The notes below the pieces were generated by a model. That model saw nothing but the letters and a program-made list of their open reading frames with translations. It did not search any database and was not told the origin of the DNA. Positions 17,727 through 27,591 of a DNA stretch of 34,253 nt are shown in pieces; positions within the stretch are counted from its first letter, which is position 1, and each line of letters starts with the position of its first letter. The stretch comes from Candidatus Zambryskibacteria bacterium RIFCSPLOWO2_01_FULL_35_19. GTDB taxonomy: Bacteria > Patescibacteriota > Minisyncoccia > Phycocordibacterales > WO2-35-19. The position numbers and the translations under genes were made by a program. The DNA lies in contig MHWA01000006.1 of NCBI GenBank assembly GCA_001825335.1, positions 4,368 through 38,620 on the forward strand. The letters run 5' to 3'.

Positions 17727-18840
17727 CAAAATCTAATATATAAGCGTCCATCAAGTAGCTTAAGACTGCATATATAATAAGGATTGGAGTAACAACCAAA
17801 AAAGGCCTTTTTATTTTTTTAATAAACAAACTACTAATAATAATTACTACTGGCATAGTGATAAACAAAACCCTTGTCACTACCGGCCAAAGCAAAACAG
17901 AAAAAGAAGATAATATTATAAGAGCTATAAACAAAATATCTTTATCTATATTTCTATTTAAAAACATTTCTTTTAAACGTTTAAGTAGTATATAAAATCC
18001 TCCTAGAAACAAAAACCATCCTATATTAAAAATTGACCCAAATGATTTTATAAACTCTACAGGTCTATTTTGATAGGTGTAAGTATTTTGATTATGTAAA
18101 AACCAATCAAGATAAGTATACTGGTCAAATTTAATAAAAGTATAAATGTTCATTAAAAGAAAAGGAGTAAAAGCAAGTAAGCATGTAACCACAACCTTCC
18201 AAAATATCTTTGACCAGTCTTTCCAATTCCTGAAAAGAATTAATCCAAAAATAATAACATAAGCAACAAAAGCATATTCTTTATACAACCCTCCTATTCC
18301 CACAACAGCAGATGAAATATAAAGCCATTTGTTACCTTCATCACCTTCACTTTCTAAATAACGATAAGAAAAATAAAGAGAGGCTATATAAAAAGCCCAA
18401 CCCCCTATATCCATCATATAAGCCATACCAAAAGCTACCGAAGCATAGTTTGTAGCTAAAAATAGCGTTCCTAAAAAAGCCACCTGATTATTTTTCACTA
18501 TTCTCTTAAGAAGAGCATGGAAAAATAACCCCATAGTGACATACATTATGCTATTTAAAATAAGCCAAGAAATAGCAATATCATTAGTAAAAAAATTAAA
18601 AAGCATTATTAATTTCAATCCTAAATAAGTACTCAAAATCATCATTGGAATAAAATCTATAAACTGCACGCCAGTTTTTAATACCTCTATGCTATTAACA
18701 TAAAGCAAACTATCCCCTTCTATTTTATGATTAAGGACGTAAGCGGAGAAAAATGCTAAAAATACAAGCACAAAAAACAAAACAACCCTATGTCTATCTC
18801 TTCCAAAAGAAGATATTGATTTATGTAAATATTCTATCAT
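17710..18840 (-). CDS. Polytopic membrane protein, probable GT-C glycosyltransferase
   Basis: About 10 TM helices, acidic GD..Y loop after TM1, KE motif; located in the glycan locus. Confidence 0.6.
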   Translation of the reverse strand: MIEYLHKSISSFGRDRHRVVLFFVLVFLAFFSAYVLNHKIEGDSLLYVNSIEVLKTGVQFIDFIPMMILSTYLGLKLIMLFNFFTNDIAISWLILNSIMYVTMGLFFHALLKRIVKNNQVAFLGTLFLATNYASVAFGMAYMMDIGGWAFYIASLYFSYRYLESEGDEGNKWLYISSAVVGIGGLYKEYAFVAYVIIFGLILFRNWKDWSKIFWKVVVTCLLAFTPFLLMNIYTFIKFDQYTYLDWFLHNQNTYTYQNRPVEFIKSFGSIFNIGWFLFLGGFYILLKRLKEMFLNRNIDKDILFIALIILSSFSVLLWPVVTRVLFITMPVVIIISSLFIKKIKRPFLVVTPILIIYAVLSYLMDAYILDFVNLPF

Positions 18841-19736
18841 TTCTTTTTACCTAAAATATAAAGATGAGCTGAAACTGCTTCTGCTCCAGGCATTTTCATA
18901 AATAAATAATCTAAGTACTTTAATGGTCCTAAAACTAACATAAAAATATGAGCCACAAATGGAGCTGCTTTTTTTGAACCAAAAGCAAAAATGATACCCA
19001 ACCAATAAGCCAAGAACATAAGAAAAGCACTCCACGGTCCAGAACGAATACCAGATTCTATAATATCAAGTTCTGGAAACATATGTTTGAGTCCTGAAAT
19101 TGTCCAACGATTAAAATCATCAGGTGATGCATGGTAAGGATGCACAAAAGGGGCGCTAACATAGATATAGCCACCAGGTTTTACTACCCGCACCATTTCA
19201 CGAGCAACTTTATCTGCATCGGGCACATGTTCAAAAACAGATTCAGACACTGCGGCATCAATTGAATTATCACGGAAAGGTAATATTTCTGCGTCAGCTA
19301 CAATATCTACTTCAGAAAATGGGAAAATATCTACATTTATAAATTCTCTACCAAGTCTCTCTGGTCCAGAACCAATATCAATAGTGATACCATCTTTTTT
19401 TATCCGACCTAAGACCATTCGTGGACCATTTACAAGCATCATCACCGGACAAACAATATGCCATACAAGATAATAAAGTTTTGGAAATTGTTTAAGAAAT
19501 GACTTCAACCAATTAATACCGGATTCATGTTCAGTAGTGTTTTTTTTGAGAACTTTTTTTTCAATCAAAAGTGGTCTGTTTGAACTGTCTATATCAAATA
19601 GACCGTGCATTTTACATAAATAATTTTTATCTGTTTTTTGAAGGTCAGCTTTACAAAAGGGACAACAAATAAGAGAAGAGTGATCACCCGTAATATAAAC
19701 CTTTGTTTTCCTCAATTTTAAAAGCTTATCTTTCAT
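18837..19736 (-). CDS. SAM-dependent methyltransferase (type 11) with N-terminal Zn-ribbon-like motif
   Basis: CPFC...C..H, DIGSG, LPF.DNS.D, VFEHV and VKPGG motifs. Confidence 0.88.
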   Translation of the reverse strand: MKDKLLKLRKTKVYITGDHSSLICCPFCKADLQKTDKNYLCKMHGLFDIDSSNRPLLIEKKVLKKNTTEHESGINWLKSFLKQFPKLYYLVWHIVCPVMMLVNGPRMVLGRIKKDGITIDIGSGPERLGREFINVDIFPFSEVDIVADAEILPFRDNSIDAAVSESVFEHVPDADKVAREMVRVVKPGGYIYVSAPFVHPYHASPDDFNRWTISGLKHMFPELDIIESGIRSGPWSAFLMFLAYWLGIIFAFGSKKAAPFVAHIFMLVLGPLKYLDYLFMKMPGAEAVSAHLYILGKKK

Positions 19737-21435
19737 TTGTTATATCTGGAGCGTTGCTACAATCATATATATTGGCGGAAATTTTTCCAGATGTTTCTTC
19801 ATAGATAGACTGACAAGAATTTAAATATTTAGCATAAACACTTTCTGGATCAATCTTAGGAATATTAACAACTAAATAATGCTCTTTATATTTATTAAGA
19901 CCCTCAATTTTTTCATTAATATCAAACTTAGGGTCAATATAAAGTCGTTTTCTATACTTACCTAGATTCACAATTTCTCCACCACCGTTATCATTATAAA
20001 CAATCACTTTTTTAATATCTGGATTTTGTTCAATAAACTCCACGGCATTACTAATGAGAGAAGAAGTATTGCCATTTATCTTGCCAAATAGATATTCTTC
20101 AGCAAAAACTACATTATATAGAAGTCCAAAAATAAAAACCCCAATCAAAATATTTTTCCTTAATTCTATTTTTTTCAAAGCAATAATAACAAACATTAAA
20201 CAAACAATCCAAACCAAAGCTATAAATCCTAAAGAAATATAAAACGGTGTAGGGCCAGATCCTCCCATAAAAGGAAAAAGTGTACTCCATCCTAGATAAA
20301 ATACTCTTCTTATCCATTCTGTTTTTGGATAAAGAGGCAGAGCAAGATGATTTAAAAACTGAAATATAAAAATCAAAACAGCAATAATAATGAACGGCAT
20401 CCATTCTCCACTTTTTATTTTCTCTTCTTTATCTATTATTTTACTAAATATAGCGCCAGATATAATAGCAAGTGGGATAACCAAAAACTGCAGGTATCTA
20501 TCCAAAGCTCCGATAGAGAAATCAAAAAGTAATAGATAAAAAACAAGTCCTACAAAAATAAGTAGAGAAAACAATCTGGTTTTTTTAAAAATTTCTTTAT
20601 CAATAAATACTAACGGTGCCAAAAGAAGTGGAGAAGAATATAGTAATGCTTTTATAAACTGAATAGTCGTTTGAAACCATCCTCTACCACTAAAGCTAAC
20701 AAAATGTTCCCAATATTTGAGAGAAGATTCTAATCTGAAAGAAGGAAAAATAAATCTTGAAACAAACAATATCAATATCAATAAGACAGCAATTCCTGTT
20801 ATCCATCCTAAAAATCTAAATACTCGTTTTTTATCTGATAATATTTTTTTTTCTATAACAAAATCTAAAACAAAAGCACCTATAAAAACAACAAAACTAA
20901 CTTTTATTAAAAATCCTAAAATTCCAGCTAAAACAAAAACAATCAACCATTTGGTAGTTTGAAAATTAGAAATTTTAAATTGGAAATTTGTTTTTCTTAA
21001 TTTCATATATGAAATTGCCATAATTAAGAAAAACATTGGCATAATAGCCCCATCAGTATCTACCATTAAGGAAGCTAGAACAGAATAAAAAGAAATACTG
21101 AAAAACAATGTAATCCATAAAGCAACTTTGCGACCAAAAAGAATCATTGCTAAATAGAAAAGTAAAAACAAATTCACAAAAGAGAACACAAGTGGTACTA
21201 ATCTCAAATTATCATTACCTAAAATATTATTAGCACTTCTATAAATAAACTCACCGACAGGTGGATGAGGTATTCGTCCCACTTCTGAACTTATATTAGT
21301 ATTTACTATATAAGCCCATTTATACTCATCTTGATGATATGAATTATGAACCGCCGGTAAACGTAAAGCCACAAAGATAATAGCTATAAATATGAACCAA
21401 ACAAAATCTTTTTTACGAAAAAATTCTAAATTCAT
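19726..21435 (-). CDS. GT-C fold membrane glycosyltransferase (GT39/ArnT-like)
   Basis: DE acidic motif after TM1, PHPP, LR and DRY motifs, many TMs, soluble C-terminal domain. Confidence 0.78.
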   Translation of the reverse strand: MNLEFFRKKDFVWFIFIAIIFVALRLPAVHNSYHQDEYKWAYIVNTNISSEVGRIPHPPVGEFIYRSANNILGNDNLRLVPLVFSFVNLFLLFYLAMILFGRKVALWITLFFSISFYSVLASLMVDTDGAIMPMFFLIMAISYMKLRKTNFQFKISNFQTTKWLIVFVLAGILGFLIKVSFVVFIGAFVLDFVIEKKILSDKKRVFRFLGWITGIAVLLILILFVSRFIFPSFRLESSLKYWEHFVSFSGRGWFQTTIQFIKALLYSSPLLLAPLVFIDKEIFKKTRLFSLLIFVGLVFYLLLFDFSIGALDRYLQFLVIPLAIISGAIFSKIIDKEEKIKSGEWMPFIIIAVLIFIFQFLNHLALPLYPKTEWIRRVFYLGWSTLFPFMGGSGPTPFYISLGFIALVWIVCLMFVIIALKKIELRKNILIGVFIFGLLYNVVFAEEYLFGKINGNTSSLISNAVEFIEQNPDIKKVIVYNDNGGGEIVNLGKYRKRLYIDPKFDINEKIEGLNKYKEHYLVVNIPKIDPESVYAKYLNSCQSIYEETSGKISANIYDCSNAPDITNER

Positions 21436-21507
21436 AAGAAGATACTACCACAAAAATTTATTTAATGAATAATTGACATAATTAAAGTATCATTGTAACA
21501 TGGCTTC

Positions 21508-24354
21508 ATGAATGAAAAAAACAAGGTGCTCAAAAAAAAGATATTTGGTTGGTCAAATACCAATTCTTCATACTCAATAACTGTTCTACCTAAGACGACA
21601 AAAACAGTCTCTTCTATCATTAAAGCGTTAAAAAACAACAATAACACAATCCTAGGACGTGGGGCGGGACAAAGTTATGGTGATCAATCTTTAAATAATG
21701 ACCAGATAATAATAGAAACAAACAGGTTAAATAAAATAATAGAATGGAATAAAAAAACTGGTGTTTTAAAAGTACAATCCGGTGTTACCCTTGATCAAAT
21801 ACTTAACCATTGTTTAAAAGATAATTGGACATTAGCCACTATACCCGGTACTCGTTATGTCACAGTAGGTGGAGCTCTTTCAAATAATGTTCATGGTAAA
21901 AATAGCTACAGAAAAGGAAATTTTGGAGAATGGGTCAAAGAATTCAAAATTATTATCGCTTCTGGAGAAAGTCTTCACTGTTCAAAAGAAATAAATAATG
22001 ACTTATTTTTTGCTGTCATTGGTGGAGCAGGACTGTTTGGTATTGTAACGGAGATAACTTTACAGCTTATTCCTATTCCCTCTCCATATTTATCTGTCAA
22101 AAAAAGCACCGCCTCATCACTTAACGAATTAATGAATGATTTAGATAAAGAGACAGAAAAAAACGATTTTGCTATTGCTCAAGTAGACTGCTTTCCTAAA
22201 ACATCAGAATTAGGTAGAGGCACAATCCATGCGGGTAATTTTACTCAAAACAATTCAAAAACAAAGGACATAGAGTCAATGAGGAAAATATCCCAAAATA
22301 TTTTCGGTATATTTCCTAAAAAATTAATACCTCTAATTGGGAAATATTTTTTAAATGATTACACAATGAAATTGGTCTCTGGATTTAAATATCATCTTGA
22401 TAAAAAAACAAGCTCTGAAAAATATCATCTCCAAGATATATATCAATTCACCTTTCTACTTGATAATGTTCCAAACTGGAAACAAGTATTCCGTCATGGT
22501 TTCTTTGAATACGAACCACTTATTCCAAAAGAAAAAGCGCGAGAAATTATTCCCTTACTTATTGCCCTTACTCACCAATACCAAATGCCTGCTTACCTTT
22601 CTGCTATAAAGGTGCACAGAAAAGACAACTTTCTTTTATCTTATTCTATGGATGGTTACTCTTTTGCCATGGATATCCCACGATGCCCGAAAGAAAAAGA
22701 AAAGCAAGATGAATTATTCCAAAAAATGAATAAAATTGTAATTGATGCTGGGGGTATCGTATATTTGGCTAAAGATGCAAACTTAACAGCAAATGAATTT
22801 CGGAAAATGTATAAAAATGTAGATCAATTTTTAGCATTAAAGAAAAAGTATGATCCAGAAGAGATCTTCCAATCAGATATGTATAGAAGGATTTTTAAAA
22901 ATAATAAAGAGGAAATGACAAATAAAATAAAAGATAGAGAAAACAATGAAAATAAATTATTAAATCTTGATCAAGCTCTAGATTTAGATCAGGAGTATGC
23001 AAATAAGTTATACAAAAAAAATGTAAACGCAGGTCTTTTAGGTATTTATGAAATCTTGGGATTAGATGATTTAGATGCTATATCAGCCGAAGGTATGGAG
23101 ATTAAGCTAAAAGACGGTAGAAAGATATTAGATTTTACATCAGCTTTAGGTATTGTAGCGTTAGGACATAACCACCCAAGAATACTTAAAGCTGAAGAGA
23201 GATGCCGTATAGATAAAATTTTAAATGCAATCAAGTTAGGTCCAAGCAAACTACAATCTGCACTAGCACATAATTTATCAATGCTACTCCCAGATCCTCT
23301 TTCTGTATCATTCTTTACTGTCTCCGGAGCAGAAGCGGTAGAGGCAGCTATGAAGCTTTGTGAAAAAGCACAAGGAACTGTTAGAAATAAATTTATTACC
23401 ACCAAAAACGCCTACCACGGCAAAACTCATACCACTCTGTCTGTGTCGCGTTCTGGCAATTTTAGAGATGGATTCATTCACAGTATTCCAGATGAAAATA
23501 TGATTGAAATACCCTATAACAATATAGATGCTCTAAAAAAAGTATTGAAAGAAAATGGTGACAAGATTGTAGCTATCATAATTGAACCAATTCAAGGGCA
23601 AGGTATAGAAATACCAAAAGAAGGCTACTTAAAATATGTAGTTGATATATGTCATAAAAATAATGTCCTCGTTATATTTGATGAAGTAAAAGTTGGAATG
23701 TCTAGAAGTGGCACCTTTTGTGCATTTCAAAGTGAAGATGTAGTACCAGATGTAGTGACTATATCAAAAGCACTTGGTGGTGGGTCTAGAGCAATAGGAG
23801 CAATGGTTACAAGTGAAAAATTATTTAAAAAAGCATATGGCAAAAGAGAAACTTGTGGACTCCATACTACAACCTTTGGAGGACTCGGAGTATCATGCGC
23901 TGTTGCTATTGAAGCTTTAAATATATTTGGTGACCTTGATTTCCAGAAAAGTGTTAGGGAAAAAGGAGAATACCTTAAAGAAAAATTAGACAACCTTAAA
24001 GCGAAATACCCTAACCAGATCAAAAACATAAAAGGCAGGGGCTTGCTTCAGGGTATCCAGTTTAATTTTAGAAATATATTTAATGGTAAGTTTGAGATCC
24101 CTGCTCTACCACTGATAGACACTTTTGATAAAGTTATGATGGCTAGCTTAGTGCGGACTTTATATAAAAAATATAACATATTGGCACATTTCACTGATTC
24201 AAATATAGACATACTACACATAATGCCTCCTCTGATCGTAGAGAAAGAGCATTTGGATAAGTTCGTAGAAGCACTTGATGAAATTTTAGACAAAGGTTTC
24301 GTCCCTATGGCTTGGAGCTTCACCACCTCAGTCATCAAAGACAAACTACCCTAG
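21508..24354 (+). CDS. Fusion: DprE1-like FAD-linked oxidoreductase (aa ~1-465) + class III PLP aminotransferase (aa ~480-948)
   Basis: N-half GRGAGQSYGD, PGT..VTVGGA..N.HGKN, YLAKD, DP...F.SD..RR. C-half LGHNHP, SGAEAVEAAMK, YHGKT, EPIQG, FDEV..G..RSG, PDVVTISKALGGG, TTFGG. Confidence 0.88.
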   Translation: MNEKNKVLKKKIFGWSNTNSSYSITVLPKTTKTVSSIIKALKNNNNTILGRGAGQSYGDQSLNNDQIIIETNRLNKIIEWNKKTGVLKVQSGVTLDQILNHCLKDNWTLATIPGTRYVTVGGALSNNVHGKNSYRKGNFGEWVKEFKIIIASGESLHCSKEINNDLFFAVIGGAGLFGIVTEITLQLIPIPSPYLSVKKSTASSLNELMNDLDKETEKNDFAIAQVDCFPKTSELGRGTIHAGNFTQNNSKTKDIESMRKISQNIFGIFPKKLIPLIGKYFLNDYTMKLVSGFKYHLDKKTSSEKYHLQDIYQFTFLLDNVPNWKQVFRHGFFEYEPLIPKEKAREIIPLLIALTHQYQMPAYLSAIKVHRKDNFLLSYSMDGYSFAMDIPRCPKEKEKQDELFQKMNKIVIDAGGIVYLAKDANLTANEFRKMYKNVDQFLALKKKYDPEEIFQSDMYRRIFKNNKEEMTNKIKDRENNENKLLNLDQALDLDQEYANKLYKKNVNAGLLGIYEILGLDDLDAISAEGMEIKLKDGRKILDFTSALGIVALGHNHPRILKAEERCRIDKILNAIKLGPSKLQSALAHNLSMLLPDPLSVSFFTVSGAEAVEAAMKLCEKAQGTVRNKFITTKNAYHGKTHTTLSVSRSGNFRDGFIHSIPDENMIEIPYNNIDALKKVLKENGDKIVAIIIEPIQGQGIEIPKEGYLKYVVDICHKNNVLVIFDEVKVGMSRSGTFCAFQSEDVVPDVVTISKALGGGSRAIGAMVTSEKLFKKAYGKRETCGLHTTTFGGLGVSCAVAIEALNIFGDLDFQKSVREKGEYLKEKLDNLKAKYPNQIKNIKGRGLLQGIQFNFRNIFNGKFEIPALPLIDTFDKVMMASLVRTLYKKYNILAHFTDSNIDILHIMPPLIVEKEHLDKFVEALDEILDKGFVPMAWSFTTSVIKDKLP

Positions 24355-24357
24355 CCC

Positions 24358-24407
24358 TTGCATTTTAAACCCTTTTGTGATATAGTTAAAAGTAGAAAGA
24401 AAGGAGG
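24358..24407 (+). promoter_or_regulatory. Sigma70-type promoter and SD sequence
   Basis: TTGCAT(24358-63)-17nt-TATAGT(24381-86) with extended TG; AGGAGG at 24402-24407 before GTG 24414. Confidence 0.7.
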
Positions 24408-24413
24408 TGCTAA

Positions 24414-25079
24414 GTGACCTTAGCTGAACGTATCGCCCGTATTTACGCAGGCAAGTGGTCCACGGCAAGCGAGAAATTCCCTTTGCCATACCACACACTA
24501 GAAGGCCATAATGTCTCCGTGATGTTAGATGTCATAATGAAAGTTACTCACGGAGCAACACGAAATCGATTGGCAAATGGGTCGGTAGCAACAATGAAGT
24601 GTGTTGCCAATCTTCAGGAGAGCTATCCAAATGCAAAGTTGTTCTTCAGCACTTACTCAAGAAACCCAGAAGGAGCAAACGAAAAAAACTGGGTTGAGAA
24701 GATGTTGCCCAGCGCAACTCATGTGGGATCAATCCCTACTACAAGCGCCGAAGCAAAAGCTCTCAGAGCCTTCTATGACGAAATTGACTGGTATCCTTGG
24801 ACCATGCTTATTGTCACCGACGAGTTCAACTCCCGGAGAACCCGGGACATTTATCGGTTGTATTTCCCAGAGACAAATATTTTCATCTTGGCGATTCCCA
24901 TCGCCAAGACTCATGATCCGGAATCACCTATCCTGAACTTCCGGAACATGAACAGAGCAATTTTGTGGGAAACTCTGATCCCCTTGATCCCCTTCTGGGT
25001 TCTAACCCATAGCGGAGACCTGGGAAAGCGAATTCTGGAGTGGCTGTCTTACAGAGTAGCCCAAGCTTCTGCATCCTGA
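24414..25079 (+). CDS. Hypothetical protein, YdcF/DUF218-like
   Basis: TT..EA and LIVTDEFNSRR resemble the DUF218 motifs; own promoter and SD; hairpin CAGCCCG...CGGGCTG at ~25100-25130. Confidence 0.55.
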   Translation: MTLAERIARIYAGKWSTASEKFPLPYHTLEGHNVSVMLDVIMKVTHGATRNRLANGSVATMKCVANLQESYPNAKLFFSTYSRNPEGANEKNWVEKMLPSATHVGSIPTTSAEAKALRAFYDEIDWYPWTMLIVTDEFNSRRTRDIYRLYFPETNIFILAIPIAKTHDPESPILNFRNMNRAILWETLIPLIPFWVLTHSGDLGKRILEWLSYRVAQASAS

Positions 25080-25186
25080 TCAGTTCACTGGTTTCCACCC
25101 AGCCCGGACGCGCCAGACGCGGACGGGCTGATTTGTTTTAACATATCTCACCTCTCCTGCACTTAAGATAGAGGGCGGGGGTGAGG

Positions 25187-25849
25187 TTATACTTTTTCAC
25201 TTATCATTAACATCTGGCCAGCCAATGGTTTTATTGGGGAGTGGATGTAGAGACGGACAAGAAGAGGCAGGATAAAATTAGGGATCAAAGAGGAGCTGTC
25301 TTTCATTTCTTGAGGTAGGAAACGCGGTTTTTTCAAAATTATTTTAAAGCCATGCGATATAAGAAAGCTCTCCAGCGAAACATCATTAAAAATCTTTTTA
25401 TGAGTATGGTCGTCAAAATATCTTGCTGGCTGGAGAGAAAAATTCGGCTGCATCAAAATCAATTTGCCACCCATCTTTAACACCCGTTTTACTTCGCCCA
25501 TCACTTTTCCTAATTCCTGATCGTCAAAATGCTCAAATAAGTTGCTAGTGTGAACAATATCGATGGAATTATCTGGGATTTGGGAGAGGTCAGAAGCCGG
25601 GCTATTGATTTTAGTAACACTCGGATTGGCAAAGTTTGAAAGTTCGGGAGAGGGATCAACCGCATATTTTTTTGCCGCTTTGACTTGATTTATAAAATCG
25701 CAATACCCCGCTCCCAAATCAACAACCGCCCCATCTTCTGGTATATATTCACTCTCAAATTTTATGATTTCCTTCCAAACCAAAATTCTCCTCCTATCAG
25801 GATCATATTGTCCAGATTTGTAATATTGATCTTGTGTTTCATTATTCAT
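25187..25849 (-). CDS. Class I SAM-dependent methyltransferase
   Basis: DLGAGY, SNLFEH and RVLK.GG motifs. Confidence 0.88.
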   Translation of the reverse strand: MNNETQDQYYKSGQYDPDRRRILVWKEIIKFESEYIPEDGAVVDLGAGYCDFINQVKAAKKYAVDPSPELSNFANPSVTKINSPASDLSQIPDNSIDIVHTSNLFEHFDDQELGKVMGEVKRVLKMGGKLILMQPNFSLQPARYFDDHTHKKIFNDVSLESFLISHGFKIILKKPRFLPQEMKDSSSLIPNFILPLLVRLYIHSPIKPLAGQMLMISEKV

Positions 25850-26562
25850 ATTTTCTTAAAAACATACTTAAATATGACAGGTATCATTTTAAAACCTAAT
25901 TTAGTAGCCCGCCAGATACTGCCTGTATACATCGATTTCCCTACTCTTTCTTTATATATCACAGGTATTTCTATGACTTTTAGATTTTGGCGCAAAATCC
26001 AAATCATTAGCTCCGGATTAAAAGTGCCATCACCTTTAGAAAGAGAGAAAAGTTCTACTATTTTATTTAATGTTTTGCGATTAATAAGTTTATAGGTGCA
26101 ACCAACATCAGTCAAAACTGGTCCATTAAATAAAACTTCCACACATTTAGCCCACAACCAATTTCCAAAACGCACTGGATACGGCATAAAAGCTCCTTCC
26201 CACATAACCTCTCTTGATGTACGAGTACCAAAAACCACGTCAAAATCTTGACTATAAGAAAGAAGTTTTTCTATATCTACTGGTCTAAAAGTGCCATCTG
26301 CTTCGGTCACCACAATCAAATCTCCTTCAGCTTCTTTCAATCCCCTCATAATAGCGTGGCCATAACCTTGATTTTCTTTTTCTTCAATATGTCGAGCCTT
26401 GGTTTTTTTTATTTCCTCTGCTGTATTACCAAGAGCATTATTATCCACTGCCACCACTTCATCGACAAAACCGGTTTCAAAAAAACCTTCTATCACACCC
26501 CTAATACTCTGGGCTTCATTATAAGTAGGAATAACTACACTTACTTTTTTATTTCTATACAT
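25846..26562 (-). CDS. Glycosyltransferase family 2 (DPM-synthase-like)
   Basis: SVVIPTYNE, VDNN, GYG.A, EADGT and LTDVGCTY motifs. Confidence 0.92.
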   Translation of the reverse strand: MYRNKKVSVVIPTYNEAQSIRGVIEGFFETGFVDEVVAVDNNALGNTAEEIKKTKARHIEEKENQGYGHAIMRGLKEAEGDLIVVTEADGTFRPVDIEKLLSYSQDFDVVFGTRTSREVMWEGAFMPYPVRFGNWLWAKCVEVLFNGPVLTDVGCTYKLINRKTLNKIVELFSLSKGDGTFNPELMIWILRQNLKVIEIPVIYKERVGKSMYTGSIWRATKLGFKMIPVIFKYVFKKI

Positions 26563-27587
26563 AACTTCTCTATTAAAGCATCCAAACTGTGATTTTCCAA
26601 GACATATTTTTGGAGTTTTTCTGAAGTATTTTTTCTCTCTTCTTCATTAATATTCATCAAAAATTCAATTCTTTCTGTTATATCTTCTGGAGTTTCTCTT
26701 TCTATTATCATTTTTTCATCAATCTCTCCCAATAATGACCTGTTAGCAACCACGAGCAAACAACCACAGGCAGCAGCCTCTAAAATAGTTTTATCAAAAC
26801 TACCACTAGGAGTTAGGTTTACAAAAATATTATGCTCATTATAAATTTTAGGAGTTTTATAATTTGGCACACCTTTATAAAGGTTAACCTTTTCACTCAA
26901 TCCAAATTCTTTGATTTTAGTTTTTATAGAATCGTAATAATCTCCAGTGTTTGGTGTCGGGTCTCCATAAAAATCACAAACGAAATCAACACCTTTTTTA
27001 TTTAAAATATCCAGTGCCTCAATTAATAGATCTGGTTTTTTTATAGAATCCATCCTCCCTAGAAATAATATTTTATTTTTTAGTATTTCGTGACTCATAT
27101 TTCGTGACTCGGTATTGAAAACACCAGTATCTATCCCTACCGGCATTAAAGTTGTTTTTTTAAATTTTGCTGTAAAAGATGTTTTTGAAGTGCAAAAAAC
27201 TTTATTAGAAAGCCAAATAGCGATACAAGTAAGTAAACCTCCTTCTGGGTGATTCCTCCAAAAATAAATCCTTTTACTCATAATCCTCCAAAAAAATCCT
27301 CCCAACAAAATATACCCTTGATTCATATGAACAAAAACTGATTGGTATTCCCTATTTAAACCAAGTATAAGATTAAAGAAATTTTTAACATATTTTATTC
27401 TGCTTCTTCCTGATTCTTTACCCAAAGAAAAAACCTTCACATTCTCTGGTAAATCATACTCACCTTTTTCTAAACAAATAACCGAAATTTTTTCAAATTT
27501 TTTTGAAAGCTCTATTACCCAATTATGAAAAAAACCAAGTGTAGGGTCTTCCTTGTCCATTTTTTGAGTTAGTATTAAAAGCTTCAT
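26541..27587 (-). CDS. Glycosyltransferase family 4
   Basis: GIDT, LGR...K and GSFDKTILEAAACG motifs. Confidence 0.9.
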   Translation of the reverse strand: MKLLILTQKMDKEDPTLGFFHNWVIELSKKFEKISVICLEKGEYDLPENVKVFSLGKESGRSRIKYVKNFFNLILGLNREYQSVFVHMNQGYILLGGFFWRIMSKRIYFWRNHPEGGLLTCIAIWLSNKVFCTSKTSFTAKFKKTTLMPVGIDTGVFNTESRNMSHEILKNKILFLGRMDSIKKPDLLIEALDILNKKGVDFVCDFYGDPTPNTGDYYDSIKTKIKEFGLSEKVNLYKGVPNYKTPKIYNEHNIFVNLTPSGSFDKTILEAAACGCLLVVANRSLLGEIDEKMIIERETPEDITERIEFLMNINEEERKNTSEKLQKYVLENHSLDALIEKLCIEIKK

Positions 27588-27591
27588 AATA

